A stretch of 64,000 bases of DNA from the NCBI RefSeq assembly GCF_009914755.1, contig NC_060933.1; one strand, 5' to 3'. Shown piece by piece: positions 1 to 12,346 of the stretch. This DNA comes from the human T2T-CHM13v2.0 reference genome, Homo sapiens. Within the stretch, counting starts at the first letter, position 1, and each line of letters starts with the position of its first letter. The position numbers and the translations under genes were made by a program. Under the pieces are notes generated by a model. It worked only from the letters and a program-made list of their open reading frames with translations. It did not search any database and was not told the DNA's origin.

Positions 1-1345
1 ACAATATCACATGCAGGGGGGCTACACCCCCTGCACTATTGTGAGTAATATCGTTCTCTCTTATTCTGGATAGTAGGAAAAATATCACAGGCAGAGTGTA
101 CAACCTCTGTGATATTGAGAGTAATATCATCCTCTCCCAACGTGGATTTTAGGAACCATATCACAAGAGGCGTGTACACTTCTTCGATATTGGTAGCAAT
201 ATCATGCTCTCCTCCCTGGATATAAGAAACAATATGACGGGTGGGTGGACACCCCCGCGATATGGGGAGTAATATCCCTACCTGGATATTAGGATCCACG
301 GTGGACACACAGCGTGATTACGATTTTGTGAGTAATATCATCTCCCCCTGTAGAAATTTCGAACAATATCAAAGACGGGTGTACACCCTCTGCAATATAG
401 GGAGGAATATGATCCTCTCACCCCACGCCCTTGATATTAGGAACAATATCAAAGGAGCATTTATAAACCCTGCGATGATGGGAGTAATATCATCCTCTCC
501 CACGTTGAAATTAGGAACAGTATCACTGGGAGCGTGTAGACCCCATGCGATATTGAAAGTAATATCATCCCCTTCCCTACTGGATCATGGGAACAATATC
601 ACTAGGGGGTGTACAGTTTCTGCTATATTGGGAGTAAAATCGTCTTCTCCGGCTTGGAATATTAAGAACAATTTGACGGGGGTGGAGGGGGGTACAATTT
701 CTGCAATATTGGAAAAAATATTACCCTCTCTCCCACTGCATATTAGGAAAGCTATCACAGAGTGGGTGTTCACCTCCTGCAATATAGGGAGTGATATCAT
801 CTTCTCCCCTTCTGAATAGCAGGAACAGTATCACATGGGGGTGTACACTTCCGGCGATATTGGGAGTAATATCAACCTCTCGGCCTCTGAATATTAGGAA
901 CAATATCACAGGGTGGGTGTACACCTCCTGCTCTATTATGGGGAGAAATATATATCTATTATGGGGAGTAATATCATCCTCTCCCTTTCAGGATATTAAT
1001 AAGAATATCACACGGTGGGTGAACACAGCCTGCGATACTGGAATTATTATCATCCTCTCCCCCTCGGCATACTAGGAACAATATCACAGAAGAGGTGTAC
1101 ACTCCCTGCGATATTGGGAGTAATATCATACGCTTCTTCCGTGAATATTAGGAGCAATATCACCGGGTGGCTGTACATTCATTGCTATGTTGGGAGTCAT
1201 GTCATACTCTACCCCCTGGATATTAGGATCAGTGTCACAGGGTGAGTGGACACCTACTGCGATATTAAAACTAGTAACATGCTCTCCATCCCTGGATATT
1301 GGGAACAATATCACAGGTAGGTTTACACCACCTGCGATATTAGGA
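1..1345 (+). repeat. SATR1/SATR2-type satellite, left arm (~18 units of ~75 bp in window; continues past window start)
   Basis: Tandem units like GCGATATTGGGAGTAATATCATCCTCTCCCCCCTGGATATTAGGAACAATATCACAGGGGGTGTACACCCCCT; unit starts at 547, 622, 703, 779, 854 (period 75-81). Family name from recalled consensus. Confidence 0.85.
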
Positions 1346-1644
1346 GTAATAATATTATTAATTATTAAACATCACTCTTAATAATAATTATCAATGGTAA
1401 TATTAATTAATAGTATAACGTTATTAATCATTAATTATTATTTTAAATATATGATTATGCATGATTAAAATTAATTATTGCTTTAACGTCATTTTTCAAT
1501 ATTAGTTATTAATCTTAATCTTAATTATTGTTTAATAACCAACATCACTTATGACTGATTTAATTAACGTTAATTACTGACATGATTATTTTATTATTAA
1601 TAGTGATATTGCTATTAATTATTAATTATTAATAATTAATATAA
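1346..1644. repeat. AT-rich low-complexity core separating the two satellite arms
   Basis: Overwhelmingly A/T with many TTAATTA/ATTATT motifs; satellite orientation flips across it. Confidence 0.9.
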
Positions 1645-3465
1645 CTGTTCCCGATCTCCGTGGGGGAGAGGATGTTACTCCCAATATCGCAGAAAGTGTG
1701 CACCCCTCTATGAAGTTACTCCTCATAGCCAGGGCATAGAGGGTGACATTATCGAAAATATCGCCATGAGTTTACATCCGTTCGGTCATCTTCTTCCTAA
1801 TATCCTGGGTGGGAGCGGATGATATGAATCCCAATATCGCAGGGGGCGTAGACTTCCCCCTTGATACTGTCCCTAACATCCAAAGGTGGAGAGGATGATA
1901 TTTCTTCCAATTTCGCAGGGGGTGTACACCACCCCTGTGATATTGATCCTAATATCCAGGGGGCGAGAGGATGATCTTAGTCTCACTATTGCGGGAGGTG
2001 TACACTCCCTAGGGATATTGTTCCTAATATCCAGGGACGGAGAGGATGATCTCACTCCCAATATAGCAGGGGGTGGACACCCCTTCTGTGACATTGTTCC
2101 TAATAGCCAGCGGGGGAGAGGAAGATATTACCCCCAATATCATAGGGGGTGTGCACCCCCTTGTGACATTGTTCCTTATATCCTGGGAGGGAGAGGATGA
2201 TACTAGTGGCAATATCGCAGGGGCTGTACACACCCACTGTGATATTGTTCCGAATATCCCGAGGGGTAGAAAATGATATTACTCCCAATATCGCAGGCGG
2301 TGTACATCCTCCTGTGATGTTGTTTCTTATATTCAGGGGGAGAGGATGATAGGGGTTGTACACACCTCCTGCGACATTGTTCCTAATATCCCGAAGGGGA
2401 GAGCATGATATTACTCTCAATATCGCCGGGGTGTACACCTCCTTGGTAATATTGCTCTTAATATCCATGATGGGAGAGGCTGGTATTACTCCCCATATCG
2501 CAGAAGGTGCACACACACCTGTGATATAGTTCCTAATATCCAGCGGGAAAGATGCTGATATTACTCTGGATCTCGCAGTGGGTGTACACCCCCAACCCCC
2601 CTGGGGTATTGTTCCTAATATCCAGGTGGGAAGACGATGATATTGCTGACAATATCGAAGGGGGTGTACAACTCTTCTGTGATATGGCTTCTGATATCCA
2701 GGGGGTGACTGGGTGATATTTCTCCCAATAACGTAGGAACTGTACACCATCCTGTGATTTTGTCCTTAATAACCACATGGGGAGTGGTGATATTACTCCC
2801 AATATTGCAAGGGGTGTACACCCCACCTGTGATATTGTTTCTTATATCCAGGAAAGGAGAAGATGATATTACTACCAATATCGAAGAGATGTACAGCCCC
2901 GTGGGATATTGGTCTTAATATACAGGTTGAAAGAGGATCATATGACTCCGAATATAACAAGGGGTGTACACCCCTCCTATGATATGAATCGTAAAATCTA
3001 GAAGAGTGAATAACATTGCTTCCAAAAATAGACGGGGTGTACACCCCCTCTCTGACATTGTTCCTATCATCTACAGGAAGAGATGATGATATTACTCCCA
3101 ATACTGCAGAAGATATGCACCCGCCTGTGATATTGGGCATCACAACTAGTGGGGGAGAGAATGATATTACTTCAAATATGACAGTGGCTTTACACCCCAT
3201 CTGTGATATTGCTCCTGATTTCCAGTAGCTAAAGTAGGATGTTCCTCCCAATAGAGCAGTGGGTGGACACCCGCCCTGTGATATTTCCCCGACTATTGAG
3301 GGAAACCCAGGAGGACATGACCCCAAATCCCGCAAAAAGTGAACACCCATTGTGTGATACGGTTGCTAATATGCGGAGGTGCAGAGGATGATATTAGTTT
3401 TCATACCGCAGGTTGTGGTACACACACCCTATGAAATTGTTCCTAATAGCAGGAAAAAAGAGAAT
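1645..3465 (-). repeat. SATR-type satellite, right arm in inverted orientation (~24 units)
   Basis: Units read GGGAGAGGATGATATTACTCCCAATATCGCAGGGGGTGTACACCCC..TGTGATATTGTTCCTAATATCC, the reverse complement of the left-arm unit. Confidence 0.85.
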
Positions 3466-3481
3466 GCTAATAAAGGACACA

Positions 3482-3760
3482 GATCGAAGGGGGTGAGGCC
3501 CCCCCCGCGATATGGGGAGTAAGAGCCAGCCCCTCTCCCCGCCTGGCTCTTAGGATCCACATTGCAGGGGGGTGAGGCACCCCCCACGATATAGGGAGTG
3601 ATGGCCACCCCCTGTCCCCCCTGGCTATTACGATCTACATCGCAGGGGGCTGAGGTACCCCCTCCTTTTTGGGGTTATAGCACCCCTCTCTCCCCCACCC
3701 TGGCTATTATGATCCATAACGCAGGGGGGTGAGGCACCCCCGTTATATGGGAACTAATAG
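3482..3760 (+). repeat. Terminal block of ~4 variant SATR units, back in left-arm orientation
   Basis: GCAGGGGGGTGAGGCACCCCCC.CGATATGGGGAGTAA(GAG/TAG)CC..CCCCTCTCCCC..CTGGCT(C/A)TTAGGATCCACAT repeated ~4 times. Confidence 0.75.
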
Positions 3761-4040
3761 CAACACAGAGAGACATGACTGTACCCCAACAAAAACACTA
3801 AAAGTTGTGAAGGCTCAAATGATTGTTACCATTTTTTTTAATCAATAAACCATTTTAAATTAAGGTATGCACCTTTTTTACACATAATTCTATTGCACAC
3901 TAAATAAACTATAGTAGAATTTAAACACAACTTCTATATGCACTTGAAAATGAAGAAGTGTGTGTGATTGACTTTATTGTGATATTTGCTTTCTTACGGT
4001 GGTCTAAAACCAAACCGACTATATCTCTTTACTATGCCTG
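3761..4040 (+). mobile_element. Tigger1 DNA transposon (TcMar), 3' terminal fragment
   Basis: GAAGGCTCAAATGATTGTTA..AATTAAGGTATG..CATAATTCTATTGCACAC..GGTGGTCTAAAACCAAACC..ATATCTC..TATGCCTG matches the recalled Tigger1 3' end including the TIR. Confidence 0.8.
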
Positions 4041-5449
4041 CAATTGTAATATTTGACTTTCACGAAATAAACGTGAAATAGTGTGTGCATTCTATAATGG
4101 GGATGTCTATTCTCCTTAAGAAGGGCGGTTTTGAACAACTAAGCTCTTTTTAAGAAATGGTGTGAGATTGCTATTGAAATTTCTCAGTTTGCATGTTTGA
4201 AATATTCAAGATAAACAACTACACAAGTGTCCATGTGTGGATGCCTTTTCCACTTAACCATGTGTAAGCAATTTGAAATGTTGAATGATTCAATAACTGC
4301 CACTTCTTAGACCCAGAACTAAAAACAACATTCAATGTTGTTACTGAAAACATCGGTAAGCAACCAAGTAGAAGGCCCTGCATATACACAAACTTTTCCA
4401 TCTCATGGGTTCGAATGGCTGTTTTTCCAGGTATGACTAGAATAATAGTTTAGCATTCTATTCCCCAATTTATTCTTGACGTCTGAAAATTCTCACTTAA
4501 CTAATAATTTATGGAATTCTTACCTTAGACAACCTATGTGAAGAGTTTGCAGGCTGACAAAGGTTTTAGGGAGAAAACGTAGTCAAGTGAATAAAATATT
4601 GCCAAATTCAAACTTAAAAAAAAAACAACTTTAAGTTTTCAAATGTTGGTTTTAACTGATTTTATTATAATTTGGAATAAAGATATCTATTGAAGCAATT
4701 TATAAATGATAATTATATTACAATGTTAACCACAGGGGCCATTTTCACCTATAATATGATGGAAATAGTTACACTTATTCTCACGTGACTTTTATTCCTT
4801 AGTCTCAGTTCACCTTGTCTTGAAGGGCTTTCTCACTACCTGAGAGAGATAGGTAGTGAGGGAAAAAAAACAATAAAACAAAATATACAACCAAACAAAC
4901 AAAGTGGGATGATGCACAGGGAGGGTTTCTGGGGACTTCCTGAAGTGGAGTGGGTTAGAAGGAAGATGTGGAAGCAGAGAATGGAGAGTGAGAAAAATAG
5001 ATTCTGTATAAGTCTTGATGGCAGAGAAGACATTTATGAGCATATGGCTCTCAGGTAGTCCATAAACTTTGAAATTGAATGGGGGTATTGTTTAAAATTT
5101 CCTTGAAATTAATCTTTTATTAAGATAAACCAATGAGCAGATTGTATAATATTGAAAGTCCTCTGATATGAATATTGAAAGACATGATTTTGTAGGAACA
5201 GGTTCTGCCTCAGTGTTATTTACAAGTATTATGAAAAGCAAATATGTCATAAATTAACAGTGAGTTGTATAGAGACTTTTATTTCATAGATGGATTTGTA
5301 ATTGGCTAATACTAGTTTATTTGACAAGTGTTGATGATATAGACACTCTGTAAACATTATGGTGGGTTTATTCTGTGCTTAATTACCTAGATACATCTTT
5401 TATGACCAATTCTTAGATCTTTCTTCCAGAAAACTATTTCTCCTTTTGC

Positions 5450-5935
5450 TACCTTTTAAACTCAGCATGCTACATGTGAACTTTATAATATAGCTTCTGG
5501 ATAGCCTTTCAGCCTAATTTCCTAGGATATCTACTATATACTCTTATTTTCAGCTATCTTTACCTCTCCCACTGTTTCCCAAATGCAGCACATTCACACA
5601 CCCCTCCATGTCTTTGTTAAACTCTCCTGTCTCCTGGAATGCCTTTCTCTTTTCATTTTCACTCCTGTCATTAGCTTGTCAAATAGTCCCTCCACCAAGG
5701 TAACTTTTGATCAAGTCTGCTCAAGTGACATCTTTTTCTTTCTATAACTTAGCCTATTTTTTCATGGCTAGGTAGTGCTGCTTTATAAAATTTTCATGAA
5801 AAGTATTAGGCATCTTTATTTTAGCACTTAAACACTAAATTATTTAGTTCATTACCCCAAGACCAATAGCCTAGCTTTATAGCTGGACAAAATAGGGAGT
5901 CAATAATTATTTGTCAAATGAATAAATAAATCAAC
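5450..5935 (+). mobile_element. L2 fragments (highly diverged)
   Basis: CTGGAATGCCTTTCTC and L2-like 3' end (AGGGAGTCAATAATTATTTGTCAAATGAATAAATAAA). Confidence 0.5.
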
Positions 5936-6108
5936 AAAATCCTCAGTAAGTGATATCAATGGATTCTCTCCATTTTGCAGCTATGTTCAAACTCTCTCCC
6001 TATGTTTTCACAATTATTACTGAAATGTCAAGTTCCACACTTTATAGTATTAAAAAAAAATTAGATGTAGGCAAAATTTTTTTCTTTTCATTTCTGTAAG
6101 CTTCTTAA

Positions 6109-6436
<328 letters not shown>

Positions 6437-7164
6437 TCAGACAGCTTTATACAATGTATGTGCATGTTGGGAGTAGGTTCTGTTACATGCATTGAATGTT
6501 TCATTTGTTATATGTCATTTGATCTAAGAGAGAAAATCATCCTTCTCCATCCCAGTGAAAATGATGATTATGTCACTAAGTCATTTGTGCCAAGAAAACT
6601 ATTTCAAAGAATTCAAAGAACTTGAACACAGGATTTTCTGTGGGAAAAATAAGTAAAATATTAAGTAATGCTACATTAAAATTGAAAATAATATATTCTG
6701 CAGGTATGTTACTAGAGAAATTGACCTTCTACCTGTCTTCTACATGGGTACTTTCTCATGAGGCTCTGTTCATTGTTTCCATGAAGAACTTAGAGAGACT
6801 CAAAAGGAATAAATTAATAGTATTATATGTGTATATATATATATATACATATCTTCTTAATTTATGTATAAGTAACAAGAACACAACTTCTGGAAATAAC
6901 AGAATCTATAAATGTAGTCAACAAAACTAATGTTACAGAAAAGACAGGTTTCTCCCAAACTGAACTGATTTTCTAAAATGATTGAATAAACTGACAGAGT
7001 TTAAAGATAGATGCAATATTTGCACAGGTAAAAACAATTCTAAATACCCTGTCCTTCAGTCCTTTGTAGTTCTTGAATTTAAAATTGCTTTATTTATTAT
7101 TGTTTCCACTTCCTTTTTTTTTTTTCTTTCAGAGAAAGAATTCCTTCCTCTTTCAAAGACTCCT

Positions 7165-7547
7165 CGATATGGTTTGACTCTGTTTCCCCACCCAAATCTC
7201 ACTTCAAATTGTAATTCCAATAATCCTCACATGTCAAGGGTGGGACCAGGCAGAAGTAATTTGGTCATGGGTGCAGTTTCCCCCATTCTGTTCTCATGAT
7301 AGTGAGTGAATTCTCAAGATATCTATCTGATGGTTTTATAAGGGGCTCTTTCCTTTTCGCTTGGCATTTCTCTTTCCTGCTGCCTTGTGAAGAAGGTGCC
7401 TTGCTTCCCCTTCACCTTCTGACATGATTCTAAGTTTGCTTAGTTCTCCCCAGCCATGCTGAACTGTAAGTCAATTAAACCTCTTTCCTTTATAAATTAT
7501 CCAGTCTCGGGCAGTTCTTTATAACAGTATGAAAATGTGCTAATACA
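7165..7547 (+). mobile_element. THE1C/D solo LTR (ERVL-MaLR)
   Basis: GATATGGTTTG..CCCCACCCAAATCTCA start, ..TAATACA end, 5-bp TSD CTCCT/TTCCT. Confidence 0.9.
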
Positions 7548-8592
7548 TTCCTTTTCTTATATTTTAATATTCTTCATATAATCACTTCCCATTATCGCAC
7601 ATCTTTAATTACTTAACAACTTTCTGTTTTATCAAAGTTATCTAAAGTCTTAGATCATCTTCTTGGAAACAACAACAATAACAAGTAACCAAACAGAGAA
7701 CCACAACTTTATCATTTTGAGATAGTCTTTTACCATGCATTGGAAATTTATGACTTTTTTTTAACCTCAATTTTCTCACCATTCACTGGATTTTTATTCC
7801 CTGCCTATTCTGACCACAATCTCTCACAGGTTCAAAACCTTAAAGAAAATAAAAATTACCTTTCTGTGGAAACATCCTAATTAAGAGCAAATATGTTAAT
7901 CAAAAAAATGTATGTAATATTTAGTAGCAATACTCATAAATATACACTATCCATTTATTCTTCTTCAGATTTTTGTCATTATCCTTCACTGTTGACCACC
8001 TCAACACTTTTGCAATGGAAGGCTGATCTTTTGCTCTATGTCATAATATCTTATTTTTCATTTTGACCTCTGAAGTCTTTCAATATGTTGTTGCCTGGCT
8101 CCATATGCACCTCTTACCTCTTACACATGGGTATACATCTTTGGTTATTCACTGTAGTAAGTCCAATTATAATGTAAGTTATTTCCAAACCTGACACTTT
8201 ATTCCTAATGTCTTATTTTTTATTTCGGTCAGTGTCCAACTGCTACCCAGCACAAACAACTGTACTGCACTAATTTAATCAAATTCCCCAAACTAGTATC
8301 AACCATTTATATCCCCGCTTACCCACAGCAACCAATCTCTACTATGAATGTCGACAGTACTCCTAATGATTTCCCAACTTTCTGGGTAAAATTGAAGCAA
8401 ACACTTGGAAATAAAAAACTACTTTGTTTTTTCTATTCTTTCTTCCCTTTGTTCCTCCATATTTCTCTATCCCTTCTGTCATCACATATCCTCATCACTT
8501 ATGCCTAAACTACTACATTGTATTTCTGCAAATAGTCCTAACTATTCTTTAGTCATAAACTTTGCCATAAACTTTTAAGAATGGATTTACAA

Positions 8593-8990
8593 ATTGTAAG
8601 ATATTACTAGCAGTCACCCAGTTTGGTTCTTCCTTTGCACCTGAACATAGGGAAGAGTTTACTTGCCAGCACACATGAACAAAACCATATGCTTAATTTA
8701 TATAAATAAAAATGTGAGGATAAGTCGTGTGTCACATCTAGTTTTAGGTAAAGAAAGATGGATTTTGATACTTCAGTCTCTTCCATTTTCAAAATGGTCA
8801 CAGACTAGCTCTTGTGTTATAGATGATGCAAATAAATATGAGACTACACAGCATCTGTTAGTTTGTGTGACTTTGCAGCAGAGGCTCCCACTTACCCATA
8901 CAGGATGATAGCCTAGTGAAAAATTAACTGTTTTGTCTACAATCACTGGAGTTTGGGGTTCATATTTTACTACAGTATAACTTAATCAGT
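8593..8990 (+). mobile_element. Old MLT1-type MaLR LTR (diverged)
   Basis: AAATGTGAG..AAGT.GTGTGTCACATCT and 3' ..TCACTGGAGTTTGGGGTT..TTACTACAGTATAACTTA motifs typical of MLT1I/J/K. Confidence 0.5.
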
Positions 8991-11531
8991 CATTTCTATT
9001 ACATTCTTTCTACACAGAGAAAGTACATACAAACTTAAGTACAAAATTTGGCACCAAATGTCTGAGTTCATGGATACAGTCTTCATTAAGATTTCATATT
9101 CTAACAGATTTCTTTGGTTACAAGTTTCTTTGTCTATCATTAAAATCTGATTAATAGGATTTGGAGAAATTGACTTAGAAAAGAGAGCTAAATATTTTAT
9201 GCAATACCCAACACCTTCAATAATCTAATTTACAACTCTGACTTTGCTTCCACGAATTAATAATTTGGTCCACTTGCCACAACCTATCATGTACATTCTT
9301 ATTGGCATGTATTTTGGGTAATGCTTTACATCCTTCTTCTCTACTCAAAGTGCAATTCTAGTCTCTCATTGTATCTAAGCCACTAATTATTATAACCCCC
9401 TCTGAATGATTATACTATGTATTATTTACTTTTCAAACTGTTGAAACATTATAATATAATCACTTAATGATTTGGGTTAAAGTTTATATTTTTAAACACT
9501 TCTCAGATGTCTGCAACATGCAATAAGTAGCTTATTGTTTTTCCCAGTTCAGTTGGGTAATATTCTAGCTGTGCTATTCATGCTGTTGTCATCATTGATT
9601 ATACAATAAATATTATGCATATTTTAACTTGTTCTATCACATTATGTGAGCATGCAAGAGTAAATGAATCCCACCAATGGAGGCAAAAAAAAAAACCATG
9701 ACTATCTCTTCAAAATGTTGTAAAGAAATTATTTTGACACGGAAGCATATTGGTTTATGTGACTTCTATGATCTTTTCAATATTAAAATTATATTCTGCT
9801 TGTTAATAATATGAAACTGAGAAGACCGTAACCTCATTTTTATAAGTCAGTACATTGCTCATCATGAACACTCAATATATATTTGCTAGTGCTTTCTTAT
9901 TATCTAAATAAAATATATTAATAAAGAATATTTCCCTAGAACCATGCAGATTTTTTTTCAGGGAAGACTAAATACATTAAAAATTCAAAGTAATTCACTA
10001 TGATTAAGATGATGGATAAGAGGCAGGATTAGCTTGCAGTTACCACTTGGATGGACAGAGCAGCATGTGGAGACTCACATCATGAACGTTTGCTCCAAGA
10101 ACTAATGCAGGAACTTACCAGGAAAGCTGAGAGAATCCGCAAACCCTTTGAAGGAATTGGATTGCCTCTGCAGGCTCCCTGGGATGAGGAAAAACTGTGA
10201 GTTGGCTTGCCTTCTCAACAGGGAGGCTCATGGCCTCCGGCAAGTTCTCAGCGCTGGTCACCAGCTGCCTGGGAATAGACTTGGAGCTGTTGTGGCTGCA
10301 TGGTGGGAGTGAGACCAGCTTTTAGGACTGTGGGCTGCATAGGAGCAGGGTGAGGCCTGTGACTACCGGCTTTTCCCCACTTCCCTGGCAACCTGTATGA
10401 CTCAGCACAGGCAGCCATAATCCCCCTTGGAATATAACTCTATTGGACTGGGAACCATCCCCCATCACCACAGCAGCTGCAGTAAGCCCCACTCACGGAG
10501 AGGCTGAGCTCAGAAACACCTATCCCTGTCCCAACCTGGTGGTCTTTCTCTATCCTCCCTGGTAGTCAAAGACAAAGATCATAATCTCTTGGTAGGGCTA
10601 CGGCCCTGCCCACTGCCTGAGAAACCTGAATACTTAACCCACAAGGATTGTCTGTAGGGCAAGTTTGCATCCTCCCTATAGGACCATAGCTGATGTGCTC
10701 TTGTAAGTGGCACCTCCTGGCTGGAGGTCAACCAATACAAAACCACTGCACTAAATAAAAACACAACCAAGGACTCTCATAGAGTCTACTTCACACCCCT
10801 GCTATCTCCACTGGAGTAGGTACTGGTAACCCTGGTTGGAAGACCTGAAGATGGATCATAGCACAGGATAGGATCACATATCACAGGACCCTTTGCAGAT
10901 ACTCCCCAGTACCAACCCAGAGCTCAGTAGCTCTGTTGGGTGTCTAGATCCGGAAGAGCAAAAACAATCACTACAGTTCAGCTCTCAAGAAGCCACATTC
11001 CTAGGGGAAGGGGATAATACCACATCAAGGGAGCACCCCATGGGACAATAGATTCTGAAGAGCAGCCCTTGAATCCCTGATCTTTCCTCTGACATAGTCT
11101 CCCCAAATGAGAAGGAACTAGAAAAACAATTCTGGTGATATGACTAAACAAGTTTCTTCAAAATCCCCAAAAGATCATACCAGCTAACCATCAATGGATC
11201 TAAACCAAGATGAAACCCCTGAAGTGCCAGAAAAGGAGTTCAGAAGGTTAATTATTAAGCTAATCCAGGAGGCACCAGAAAAAGGTGAAGTCCAACCTAA
11301 AGACATAAAAACATGATACAGGATCTGAAAGGAAAATTATTTAGTGAAATAGATAGCATAAATAAAACATAATCACATCTTCTGGAAATCAAGGAGATAC
11401 TTAGAATAATGCAAAATGCAGTGGAAAGTCTCAGCAATACAATTGAAGAAACAGAAGAAACAACTTCAGAACTCAAAGGCTAGGCTTTTGAATTAACTCA
11501 ATTTGTCAAAGACAAATTAAAAAGAATTTTT

Positions 11532-11666
11532 TTTTTTTTTTGAGATGGAGTCTCGCTCTGTCGCCCAGGCTGGAGTGCAGTGGCACAGGATCTCTGTTCA
11601 CTGCAACCTCTGCCTGCCGGGTTCACACCATTATCCTGCCTCAGCCTCCCGAGTAGCTGGGACTAC
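11532..11666 (-). mobile_element. 5'-truncated Alu (right arm only, Y-like) inside L1PB ORF1
   Basis: T tail plus right-monomer sequence; 17-bp TSD AATTAAAAAGAATTTTT at 11515-11531 and 11667-11683. Confidence 0.93.
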
Positions 11667-12041
11667 AATTAAAAAGAATTTTTAAAAAATTAACAAAGCC
11701 TTTAAGAAGTTTGCGACTATGTTAAACATTCAAACCCAAGAATAATTGGTGTTCCTGAGGAAGAAGAGAAATCTAAAAGTTTGGAAAACATATTTGAGGG
11801 AGTAATCAAGGAAAACTTCCCAGACCTTGTTAGAGATGTAGACATCCAAATACAAGAAGCTCAAAGAACATCTGGGAATTTCACCACAGAAAGATTATTG
11901 CCTAGGCACATAGTCATCAGGATATCTAAAGTCAAGACAAAGGAAAGAATCCTAAGAGCTGTGAGGCAAAAGCATCAGGTAACCTAAAAAGAAAAACTTA
12001 TCAGTAACATCAGATTTCTCAGCTTTAGAAACCCTGAAACT

Positions 12042-12346
12042 GCGGGGCGCAGTGGCTCACGCCTGTAATCCCAGCACTTTGGGAGGCCAAGGCGGGCGGA
12101 TCAGGAGGTCAGGAGATCTAGACCATCCTGGCTAACACATGGTGAAACCCCGTCTCTACTAAAAATACAAAACATTAGCCAGGCACGGTGGTGGGCGCCT
12201 GTAGTCCCAGCTATTTGGAAGGCTGAGGCAGGAGAATGGCGTGAAACCGGGAGGCGAGATTTCAGTGAGCTAAGATCGTGCCACTGCGCTCCAGCCTGGG
12301 CGACAGAGTGAGACTCCATCTCAAAAAAAAAAAAAAAAAAAAAAAA
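12042..12346 (+). mobile_element. AluY inside L1PB ORF1
   Basis: Full dimer, GGAGAATGGCGTGAA, A tail; TSD AGAAACC(C/A)TGAAA at 12027 and 12347. Confidence 0.95.

Noticed and set aside
36-3350. Many overlapping 60-216 aa ORFs with repeating ILGVISSSP/DIRNNIT peptides
   Set aside because: Translations of the 75-bp satellite on both strands; no gene structure.
1-3760. CRISPR-like look (palindromic repeats at regular spacing)
   Set aside because: Intervening sequences are homologous rather than unique spacers, there are no cas genes, and the context is primate Alu/L1 DNA.
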